This document shows, one piece after another, positions 33,901 through 40,665 of a stretch of 48,643 bases of DNA (positions are counted from its first letter, which is position 1; every line of letters begins with the position of its first letter). The DNA lies in assembly GCA_964651635.1 (NCBI GenBank), contig CAZYWT010000002.1:1-48643 (forward strand), given 5' to 3'. The position numbers and the translations under genes are program-made. The stretch comes from an uncultured Candidatus Saccharibacteria bacterium. Lineage in GTDB: Bacteria; Patescibacteriota; Minisyncoccia; Minisyncoccales; CG1-02-41-26. The notes under the pieces are model-generated. The model did not search any database and was not told the DNA's origin. It worked only from the letters and a program-made list of their open reading frames with translations.

Positions 33901-35979
33901 TCGCGAAAAATCTTCCCAACATTTTTCCGGCTCCGAGAATTCTTTAAAGATATTAGGGTTGTTTTCCTTATAATCCCCGATAAGGTCAAGGGCTGGCTTG
34001 GTAATTTGGTAAGCGAGTTCCCAAACCATATTTTCTATTTGCTTGTCTATCCTCTCTTTTAGGTCTTTTAATTGGGCTTCCAAAAATTTATCTGTTTTTT
34101 CTAAGGGGATTAAAGCAAAATCGGGCAGAACTTGAGAGACCTTCTTTTTTAAGTTTTCTTTCAAAAAGGGAATTTGCTTGTCCAAAGATTTAGTGAGAGC
34201 GCCTTTCATCGCTATATCTAAAACATCCACTAAATCGTTTTCTATAATACTCTTTAATTCTTTAGAAAAATTAAAGTCCAAAACGGAACTTTTCAACGCT
34301 TTGGATATTTTCTCCGGCAGTTGCTCCATAATTGGAGCGGTGAGAGTGTTTGCCACCAAATTAGACAAAAAATCGGGCGGTATTTCTTTTTTCTCGCAGT
34401 TTTCTTTAACGCATTCCTCGTATTTTTCCTCGTCCTCGCTTTTCTCCGGGCATCCTTCTTCCATCTCTTCTTTTCTATAAGAAGCTAAACATTTTTCCAC
34501 ATAATATTTATCTGATTTTTGAACAAGGTCTTTGTTGAGCCGCTCTCTAAAAGATTGAGCGTATTCTTCCGAATTCATCTGAAAAACATCCAGTAAATAA
34601 TTATCTATCCCTTCATCTAAGGCTTTTTGGGTAAGGTTGGCGTAATAAGAAGTGTCTATCGCAAACTCCCCTTCTCCAAAAGCGTCCTCCAAACATTCCT
34701 CCGCCACTCGCTCTATCTCTTCAACTCCCACCCGCAAAAGAACGCTCACAAGGTTAATGGCTAAACTTTCCTCCATTGTTTCTTGGTTCTCCCCTTTTTG
34801 GCTTAAAGGGAAATACTTTCCGCTCAAGGGAGCGTATATGGTAAAATCATCGGGGGTTCCCGCTTCAAAGAGAGTTTGTTCTTTTTGGGAAGGATGTTTT
34901 TGAATGTCTATATCTTCGTATTGATTTCTCCAATTTTCCAACTCTCTATAATAATCAGTTTGAGTATATACATTTATTAAATTTGTGTCTAAAAATTCAG
35001 ACACTTTTAACTTTAGCGTTTTCTCTAAAAATCCGATTTCCTCGCTTGATATTTTGTAATTTAGCACCTTTAATCCCCCCCACTCCCCTATTAAATTTTT
35101 TCTTTTCTCTCTCGCTAGTTCCAGGTTGCAATTTTCCGAGTTTCCGCATCCCTCTCCTTCGGCGTCGCACTGATTTTCGCAAGTTTCTTCCTCGTTGCTC
35201 ATTAGCGCTTTTCCCTCGGCGCAAACTCCCTTGCTCTCTTTCGTTGCTATGTGGGATTGCGACATTCCGCAACCGCAATTTTCTAAAATAGCGTTGATTT
35301 CTTCGGAAATTTCGATTACGCTCAACATCCTGCCTTCCGCTTCCAAAAAAGGGATTTCGGCTCTAAAAAATTCGCTTCTCTCATCGCCGCTCTCGGTGAG
35401 GGCTTTTTCTACATATTCTTTTACTGCTTCATCGTTCATGCTTGCGAGCGTCATTTTTTTATCTAAATAGTCCAACGCTTCATCTATTTGCTCTCCGCCG
35501 GAAGAGTAAGCCAAAATTGCCTTCTCGCCCGATGACGCTATCTCGGGCAAAACGGGGGGCGGGATTTTTTTGAACTCTGTTTGTAAAACTAAAATCTGCG
35601 GGTTTACAAGAGACAGGATTAAATAAGAGCCCAAAACAATCACAAATCCCAAAAGAGCGTTTTGCATTCTTTGGTTGGCGATATTTCGCAGAGTTGGTTT
35701 GACGCCGGAGAGAAGATAAAGAACCCCGCCGGCTATAAACACGGCTAACACTATTCCGGTGGCTATAAAATAGAAAAGAATTAAAAAGTAGCTTCCGTAG
35801 GCAGACAACCTTTCATCCACCTTTAACGCGCCATCGCTTATTTTTTCCTCTATTGTGTTGGGGGTATCTACCCCGGGTAATTTAGGATAAGAAACATTCA
35901 AAGCGTTGGCGGAAAATATAGGCAAAAATAAGGCGAAAATTAAAAAAATAAGAAATAAAATATTTAGTTTTTTAGGCAT
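30940..35979 (-). CDS. Giant (1679 aa) protein: N-terminal VirB2/TrbC-type pilin module fused to a ~1540-aa Cys-rich extension
   Basis: It has a signal peptide (...LPIFSANA) and TM1 (YFLILFYFIATGIVLAVFIAGGVLYLL). The loop is SGVKPTLRNIANQRMQN and TM2 is ALLGFVIVLGSYLILSLVNPQ. The C-terminal tail is rich in CC/CxxC (CCNLGAALVC, FCCYDESCNIC, LCCQGSYYNEETDQCC). Confidence 0.7.
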   Translation of the reverse strand: MPKKLNILFLIFLIFALFLPIFSANALNVSYPKLPGVDTPNTIEEKISDGALKVDERLSAYGSYFLILFYFIATGIVLAVFIAGGVLYLLSGVKPTLRNIANQRMQNALLGFVIVLGSYLILSLVNPQILVLQTEFKKIPPPVLPEIASSGEKAILAYSSGGEQIDEALDYLDKKMTLASMNDEAVKEYVEKALTESGDERSEFFRAEIPFLEAEGRMLSVIEISEEINAILENCGCGMSQSHIATKESKGVCAEGKALMSNEEETCENQCDAEGEGCGNSENCNLELAREKRKNLIGEWGGLKVLNYKISSEEIGFLEKTLKLKVSEFLDTNLINVYTQTDYYRELENWRNQYEDIDIQKHPSQKEQTLFEAGTPDDFTIYAPLSGKYFPLSQKGENQETMEESLAINLVSVLLRVGVEEIERVAEECLEDAFGEGEFAIDTSYYANLTQKALDEGIDNYLLDVFQMNSEEYAQSFRERLNKDLVQKSDKYYVEKCLASYRKEEMEEGCPEKSEDEEKYEECVKENCEKKEIPPDFLSNLVANTLTAPIMEQLPEKISKALKSSVLDFNFSKELKSIIENDLVDVLDIAMKGALTKSLDKQIPFLKENLKKKVSQVLPDFALIPLEKTDKFLEAQLKDLKERIDKQIENMVWELAYQITKPALDLIGDYKENNPNIFKEFSEPEKCWEDFSRGYFYNYTNERCYKATPREISDFTSGRGIANALVRSKKDGDVGAFESDFTQEALCRGAGYCWDQIGGEVCKSCKNLNLGGLAPTRENLARWGKGAVEFLVNFGEEFMVALLRTAAHTLTKYAQVWVEDSILKPFAPYLFQLSTFQEEIHNFLNSSVREALPAQISAYLGSSVEQILSDICAKKEAGGSYTIYNEKIEVSEEVGKAACGIDRELHQSLLDQLSENGKFGEKVATALNTEIMKLFDQVFKNADIDKHLNKTVAQLIWPELNLSPEVMRKLLKATPKELICGEISFIDYDCKEWSFDLTAGLLPYPSDPAGEKGYCYFLNYACQNPLKGWDRAQGLILSDFINTYCQQLEIKKEKLCSEQGISPCVLRDLTLSEEKKDLIDRGEDACAALIENSAAYTIFNDQIEHNFGDIEKKDKEKSQEIYLWLFATFTDKRVQGEIQKLALDRGMGREEMLHIATQADAMEEGQIKKLERGLQSFTAWFSSGGTVEEALTTPCLGAVEGLTGSPCEGSNMLAKNIYWLLGSGACSLVERTYLAEEKEGDVGENLKNLFITCRILTQTLEESLGIEKRLINYIKDPYNTIFSLMWTKLENYERPEPLNNLLDALFRGKISSLLMRVKAKDVGGPGWSEEQKQEFAKQANKLGEALSKDPISYLLNGKSLIYMIFKKMGKENWLQKSMDVSKWKEIQEVLAKTPTDIAAHYLTDPLNKEWALFRSPIDYIAETKIPELNNPYIDTIGKAAGITKFVYEIYGKWEDIKDSVNEAVDSVQGTIRSSLDTAFIEYPTRGVNWLIQSLGMGATDEIGDDIADRLAGKCKDATPEEKNNESCQGEKEIYNKTTKQCCNLGAALVCKDRCREIETSESCDIEKGEERDERDDGVFCCYDESCNICRQTYAVARAKNAEPKAKCEREGDERKEKTTEDEEEMVLCCQGSYYNEETDQCCVDLLTCISNKLTDFLKMLTLTIKTGLPINSNSPIFSD

Positions 35980-36391
35980 ATTTTTTCATTGCGTTTTTCA
36001 TTCCTATGGTCCATCCGAACCAAAGGGAACCCACAATGGGCAAGGGCTCCAGCAAAAAACTCCAGCCCTTTAAGGGGACTATAAATCTTTGCGTTTCTAT
36101 GGAAGCGACAATGGTTAAAGACAAAAATGCCACAAGGTCGAGAAAAAAAGACAGGATTGTTCCAACTACCCCTACATAGGGTATTAGTTGGATTATTTCG
36201 GCGGGGATTTCCAGCAAATCAAATATAAAAGCGAGGGTTATGGCTATTACGGGTCCATCTTCTCTTAATCGCGACGATTTGTCTTTTTTTGCCAAACTGC
36301 TCGCTTCTTTCCAACGCTCTTTTCCCTTGCCATAGAGTTCTTTTCCTTTTTGTTTGGCTTTTTGGTAAACTTGGCTTAATCCGGGACTCAT
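35972..36391 (-). CDS. Small membrane protein of the T4SS-like operon, unknown function
   Basis: 139 aa with a basic N-terminus followed by 3 predicted TM helices. It overlaps both neighbours (4 nt and 8 nt). Confidence 0.6.
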   Translation of the reverse strand: MSPGLSQVYQKAKQKGKELYGKGKERWKEASSLAKKDKSSRLREDGPVIAITLAFIFDLLEIPAEIIQLIPYVGVVGTILSFFLDLVAFLSLTIVASIETQRFIVPLKGWSFLLEPLPIVGSLWFGWTIGMKNAMKKYA

Positions 36392-38178
36392 AATTTTTTC
36401 TTTTTCTTTTTAATTTTTTGAATTTCTTCCGGGGAAGAAGTTATAATCTGGTCTTCGGTGTAAGAGGCCGTTACTTTTAAGGCGACTCTCTTTCGGCCGG
36501 CGATAAATATCCCTTCTCCCACATCGGATTCCAAAAGCAAGTATTTTTCTCTTTCCGTTAAATTAAAAGTTTTTTTGGCCGTGTCTATTGTGGCCGGCGA
36601 TTGTTTTAAGAGAATTTGGAGAGAGGAGTTTGTTATAATCGGCTTTCCGTAATCAGACCTCATAAAATCGGATATGTCTTGGGTTATAGTGGAGACCCCC
36701 AACCAGTATTTTCTTGACCTTTTACAAATCCCAAAAAGAAAGGACGCTCCGTCTTCCGTTTTCATAACCCACCAGGCCTCGTCCACTAAAAGTATTCTTT
36801 TTTTCAATTCTTTTCTGATGCTGTTCCAAATATAACGAAGCACCATATACATAGCCATCGGGCGAAGTTCATCTTCCATATCTCTAATGCCAAAAACCAC
36901 TAAACTTTTGTCCATAGATATGTTGGTGGGGTTGTTAAAAAAATTGGCGTAACTGCCGGTAGTAAATTTTCCCACTCTTGAAACAAGAGATTCAGCCCCC
37001 TCCATAGTGGAGAGAACACTTTCAAAATCCGACATAAGGGGCGTTTTTTCTTCCCAAGTTTCAGGGCTTGTTTGGGGAGTTATGTCTTTGGCCGCGTAAG
37101 TTTCGGTAATTGCCCTGTCTATAATAGAGTCCTCTTCCGAGGTTAGTCCCCCCAGCATAATCCGAAAAAGTCCCACCAGGTTTATTATATTGGTTCTCAA
37201 AACATCTTCGGCGTCCTCGTCTTCGGTTGGTTTGGGCACATCAAAAGGATTAAGATGATTGTCGGAAGTGAGCGATATCTTAAAATAAGAGCCGCCCACG
37301 GCGGCGGCGAGCCACTGGTATTCGTTTTCCGGGTCCATTATAATTCCGTCAACTCCTTGCATTAAATAGCGGAGCATTTCCAGTTTTGCCATATAGCTTT
37401 TTCCCGAACCTGCCTTGGCAAAAATACAAGTGTTAGCGTTCTCCAGCGTAAATCTGTCAAAAAGAACCAAAGAATTATTGTGTCTGTTTACTCCGTAGAG
37501 AATTCCCTCGTTGGCGCTTAAATCCGGGGAAACAAAAGGGAAAATACTGGAAAGGGGCTCTGTGTTCATGGGAGTGTGAACGCCTATTTTGTCTAACCCG
37601 TAAGGAGCGGTGGAGACAAAACCCTGCTCCGATTTTAAGAGAGTTGGTTTTAAGTAGATAAGACGGGACTCAAAAATAGAACGAAGTTTTGTTTCCAACT
37701 CTCGCAGATGCGCTTTGCTGTCGCCGTATATAGTGATGAAAACTCCTAATTGAAAGACCCTCTCTTCGGCTCTTTGGAGCGAATCCCGCAAATTTTCTAT
37801 ATCTTGATAAGCCGTTTCCAAAGTCGGGTCTCTAATTAGCCCCTTTTCTGTTCTTTCCATAAGTTCCGCTTGAATGTTGGTGAGTTTTTTTCGCAGTTGT
37901 CTTAAAATTTCTCCCGATTCCACGGGGTGAATGTGAAAAGCAATGTCCAGCGGGTAATTTATATTTATAGCCGGCGATATCCAGCCGGTGGTTAAATATC
38001 GGGGGTAAGAAAAAACAAAAAATGTTTTCAAAAACTTCTCTCCCAGTTTTATGTAATCCTGCGATATTTCAACCGAAGACGGAGCGATAATGTCGCCTAC
38101 CGATATCGCTCTTTCCCTGTAATCAATTCCCTCTATTGTTCCCTTGTCTTTTTTTGTAAAAGGAAGGTTAATATTCAT
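36388..38178 (-). CDS. virB4: VirB4/TraC-class T4SS ATPase
   Basis: 596 aa. Walker A is IFAKAGSGKSY and Walker B is RILLVDEAWWVM. The N-terminal domain carries YPRYLTTGWISPAI, and the C-terminal part carries QSPATID/ERE. Confidence 0.85.
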   Translation of the reverse strand: MNINLPFTKKDKGTIEGIDYRERAISVGDIIAPSSVEISQDYIKLGEKFLKTFFVFSYPRYLTTGWISPAININYPLDIAFHIHPVESGEILRQLRKKLTNIQAELMERTEKGLIRDPTLETAYQDIENLRDSLQRAEERVFQLGVFITIYGDSKAHLRELETKLRSIFESRLIYLKPTLLKSEQGFVSTAPYGLDKIGVHTPMNTEPLSSIFPFVSPDLSANEGILYGVNRHNNSLVLFDRFTLENANTCIFAKAGSGKSYMAKLEMLRYLMQGVDGIIMDPENEYQWLAAAVGGSYFKISLTSDNHLNPFDVPKPTEDEDAEDVLRTNIINLVGLFRIMLGGLTSEEDSIIDRAITETYAAKDITPQTSPETWEEKTPLMSDFESVLSTMEGAESLVSRVGKFTTGSYANFFNNPTNISMDKSLVVFGIRDMEDELRPMAMYMVLRYIWNSIRKELKKRILLVDEAWWVMKTEDGASFLFGICKRSRKYWLGVSTITQDISDFMRSDYGKPIITNSSLQILLKQSPATIDTAKKTFNLTEREKYLLLESDVGEGIFIAGRKRVALKVTASYTEDQIITSSPEEIQKIKKKKKKL

Positions 38179-38181
38179 AAT

Positions 38182-38844
38182 TTAATCCAAAAGTTCGGGC
38201 AATATCTCCGGATAATACCCAAATTCCGATTGTCTTGGGTGGTGGAGTGCCCAAAAAAGTTCAATGAGTTCCGGGGTGGTGAGAGGGACGGCGTTTAATC
38301 CGCATCGCCGCAGGCCTATGGCGGCATATTCCATCCTTTGCCAAAGTTGGTCGCGAGCTCTTTGAAAATTTTCTTTGCCTAATCCAAAGTATTTATCTTC
38401 TCCGCCTCCTCCCTTGAAAATGTTTTGGAGAAGTCCTCCGCTGACCCCTATTGTTTCATTTAGGGTAAAAGGGACTACCACGAAAAACTCTTTTTTCATA
38501 ATCGTTCCTTTTTTAATCAACTTTTCCACAAATTTTCTATAGCCGCTTATTTGAACTTTCAAAAGTTCCGATTTTTGCTTTTCTTCCAACTCTTTTAGTT
38601 TGTCAAAATAGCCGGTGATATTTAAGCGGCGGGATTGAACTATTATTTGAGTGGAAAAATCAAGAGAGTTTAAGAAACTTTGGAATTGATAAGTAGTGGC
38701 TTTTTGCTCATCTTCGGATTTTAGGTCAAAATTCACGGAAGAGGTGAGTAAAACTCCTCGCAGGGACTTGTTTTTTAGAATTAGAGTTCCGTCTTTTATC
38801 CCTTCAAATTTTAAGAAATTTTGGGCGGGGTTGTTACTAAACAT
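38182..38844 (-). CDS. Stand-alone protein resembling the non-ATPase N-terminal region of Gram-positive-type VirB4 proteins
   Basis: 220 aa with no P-loop. The pattern FEGIKDGTLILKNKSLRGVLLTSSVNFDLKSEDEQKATTYQFQSFLNSLDFSTQIIVQSRRLNI matches my recollection of PrgJ/Orf16-type VirB4 N-termini. This is inference. Confidence 0.4.
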   Translation of the reverse strand: MFSNNPAQNFLKFEGIKDGTLILKNKSLRGVLLTSSVNFDLKSEDEQKATTYQFQSFLNSLDFSTQIIVQSRRLNITGYFDKLKELEEKQKSELLKVQISGYRKFVEKLIKKGTIMKKEFFVVVPFTLNETIGVSGGLLQNIFKGGGGEDKYFGLGKENFQRARDQLWQRMEYAAIGLRRCGLNAVPLTTPELIELFWALHHPRQSEFGYYPEILPELLD

Positions 38845-38847
38845 AAA

Positions 38848-39264
38848 TTATTGTTTGTTTTGTTTCCACTCTAATTGAGAGGAAAGTTCTTTTATGCGAC
38901 TGCCGGGAGAAATTTTTAAGGGTTCTCGTTCTTTTTCTTCCTCTTTGGGTTTTTGATATTTTATTCTCAAAGAGTGAGGCGGAACATCTTTCTTTTCCCA
39001 AAAATATCTTTTGGCGGAAGTAAAAAAACTAAAATATTGAGCGATAAGTTGAGGTATGGTGTAGCCCTCTACTCGGACAAAAAGAAAAAGCAAGACAACC
39101 GTAACGGTGGCGAAAAAGATAACATAAAAAGCGGTCGGCGGGACTATATAATATAGCCCAAAAAGGACACCTCCCACTATCCCCAAAATAATTAACTGGC
39201 GAAAAGTGAGAAGATTAAAAAACTTTGTTTGATGCTCTAAGAATTTTGGAACTTTATATCGCAT
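38848..39264 (-). CDS. PrgI-family (VirB3-like) T4SS membrane protein
   Basis: The N-terminus MRYKVPKFLEHQTKFFNLLTFRQLIILGIVGG is followed by two TM helices. It lies directly upstream of the VirB4 genes, which is the canonical VirB3-VirB4 order. Confidence 0.7.
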   Translation of the reverse strand: MRYKVPKFLEHQTKFFNLLTFRQLIILGIVGGVLFGLYYIVPPTAFYVIFFATVTVVLLFLFVRVEGYTIPQLIAQYFSFFTSAKRYFWEKKDVPPHSLRIKYQKPKEEEKEREPLKISPGSRIKELSSQLEWKQNKQ

Positions 39265-39342
39265 TGTTATATTTTATCACGAAACAATTAAAATGGGCAA
39301 GTGGCCGGTAAGTGGTGGGTAGGTGGCGAACAAGTGGCGGGC
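39265..39342 (-). promoter_or_regulatory. Putative promoter (TTGCCC-N18-TGATAAAAT) abutting four 11-bp-phased AAGTGG repeats
   Basis: The minus-strand extended -10 element is at 39271-39279 and the -35 at 39295-39300. Only 6 nt separate the -10 from the ATG. On the plus strand, AAGTGG/AGGTGG occurs at 39299, 39310, 39321 and 39332. Confidence 0.4.
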
Positions 39343-39353
39343 AAAAACAAAAC

Positions 39354-39390
39354 GGGCGGTTGTCCCGATGTTATATCGGGACAACCGCCC
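39354..39390 (-). terminator. Intrinsic terminator (16-bp perfect stem) after the 349-aa gene
   Basis: The hairpin is GGGCGGTTGTCCCGAT-gttat-ATCGGGACAACCGCCC. On the minus strand it is followed by GTTTTGTTTTT, and on the plus strand by TTTATTT, so it may act in both directions. Confidence 0.8.
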
Positions 39391-39453
39391 TTTATTTCTA
39401 AAAGAGGCGCAATAAAAAAGCCCGGGTAGTTAATGTCCCGGGCTATAGGGCGG

Positions 39454-40503
39454 TTATTTGGATTTTTTCTTAAAAATTTTGAAAAAACCCTTGGCAAGAT
39501 TGCCAATACAACCGCCAATTGTGGTTCCCGCTTTCATCTCCTTCATCTCCTTCATCTCCGTATTCAGTTTTCTGTTTTTGCGTTCCAGCCGCTTCCTTTT
39601 CTGGGCAAGTTTTTCCGCTTCCATTTCCATTTCCACAATCCGAGACCTTAATTGGTCTCTTTTTCTCCGCGCCTTTCGCAGGGCGGAGGCCGCCTCTCTT
39701 CTGCGGCTGGCGGAAATTTTTTCCGCTTCCGCTTCCGCTCCTTGAACGAGCTCCAAAGAGCGTTCCAATACGAACCGTATTGTCCGAGCTGATTCGCTCG
39801 GACTCGGCCCGCTTCCGCTTCCATCTCCGCTTTCTCCACTTTCGTCTCCATCTTCTAACGCTTTTTCTTTCTTTTTTTCTTTTTTTTCTTTCTTTTTTTC
39901 TTTCTTTTTTTCTTTTTTTTCTTTCTTTTTTTCTTTTTTTTCTTTTTTTTTTTTTTCTTTTTCCTTGTTCCATTCCCCATCCCCCTTCGGAAATGGCGAC
40001 CATTTCTTCCATGTGGTCGTCTTCCGGTAGAATCTCGGCCACTGTTTTTTAACATAAGAATAACAGAGCCAGTAACCTACGGGAATCCCCGCGTAGAGTC
40101 CAAATACAGCGAAAAAATAATCCGCAGTTAGGACATCCGCCGAAACCCACACGGCGAGAATGGCCGCTACCGCGGTCCTGGCGCCGACCCACTCTACAAT
40201 TTCTCGAATGACTCGGCCAGGTCCCCTCCCTGTCCCGCCGAATATGTTCACGAATCCTTCGTGAACAGCGAGGGGAATGGCGAGGACTGTTGCCAGCCCC
40301 GCCAGAATATGCCTACCCCACTTCGTGTTATTTAACACGAGCAGGGAGACGAGGATAGCGACAACGATAGTAAATAATCGTATGTCGCTATCCAACAGAA
40401 TGATTCCGGGTACTGTTCTAAATAAATAGAAATAATAGTACCCGGAACTTGCCAGTGTTGCCGTAAGCAATAGCCCCGCCACGACATTTACAAGTTTCCT
40501 CAT
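39454..40503 (-). CDS. Polytopic membrane protein with poly-(K/E) tract and coiled-coil tail; GC-rich cassette
   Basis: 349 aa. The N-terminal ~170 aa form about 5 TM helices encoded by visibly GC-rich DNA. They are followed by KEKEKKKKEKKEKKKEKKEKKKEKKKEKKEKKKEK, a Gly/Ser/Asp linker, a coiled coil and the tail GTTIGGCIGNLAKGFFKIF. Confidence 0.7.
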   Translation of the reverse strand: MRKLVNVVAGLLLTATLASSGYYYFYLFRTVPGIILLDSDIRLFTIVVAILVSLLVLNNTKWGRHILAGLATVLAIPLAVHEGFVNIFGGTGRGPGRVIREIVEWVGARTAVAAILAVWVSADVLTADYFFAVFGLYAGIPVGYWLCYSYVKKQWPRFYRKTTTWKKWSPFPKGDGEWNKEKEKKKKEKKEKKKEKKEKKKEKKKEKKEKKKEKALEDGDESGESGDGSGSGPSPSESARTIRFVLERSLELVQGAEAEAEKISASRRREAASALRKARRKRDQLRSRIVEMEMEAEKLAQKRKRLERKNRKLNTEMKEMKEMKAGTTIGGCIGNLAKGFFKIFKKKSK

Positions 40504-40590
40504 TTTTTAACCTCCTTTTTTAATGAACTTTCTTACCTATATTATACCACAAACACACTCTATTTGTCAATGCCGCCATTGCCAAAAAAT

Positions 40591-40644
40591 CAGAGACCCG
40601 ACCTCTGGCAAACCTCTGGCAAATTGCCAGAGGTCGGGTCTCTG
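40591..40644 (-). terminator. Palindromic-repeat pair acting as a probable intrinsic terminator after the 118-aa gene
   Basis: The perfect 21-bp arms are CAGAGACCCGACCTCTGGCAA and TTGCCAGAGGTCGGGTCTCTG, with a 12-nt loop. The minus strand continues with ATTTTTTGG. Confidence 0.7.
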
Positions 40645-40665
40645 GCGATCTTTAATAATTTAGAG

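Noticed and set aside
25877-35979. Numerous 60-160-aa plus-strand ORFs inside the two giant genes (e.g. 26060-26458, 27631-28053, 29816-30289, 33712-34062, 34983-35291)
   Set aside because: They are antisense to uninterrupted 5-kb reading frames. Their composition is biased (Phe/Ser/Leu/Arg-rich) and they have no start signals.
39288-39518. 76-aa minus-strand ORF spanning the terminator and the AAGTGG repeat array
   Set aside because: It runs through a 16-bp-stem hairpin and the tandem 11-mers, and it overlaps the end of the 349-aa gene. It is most likely a non-coding regulatory region.
39470-40055. Lys/Arg-rich and Phe/Leu/Ser-rich alternative-frame ORFs (39470-40042, 39519-40052, 39648-39851, 39855-40055)
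   Set aside because: All lie within or antisense to the 349-aa gene. They arise because the polypurine/polypyrimidine tract is open in every frame. They matter only as potential frameshift products.
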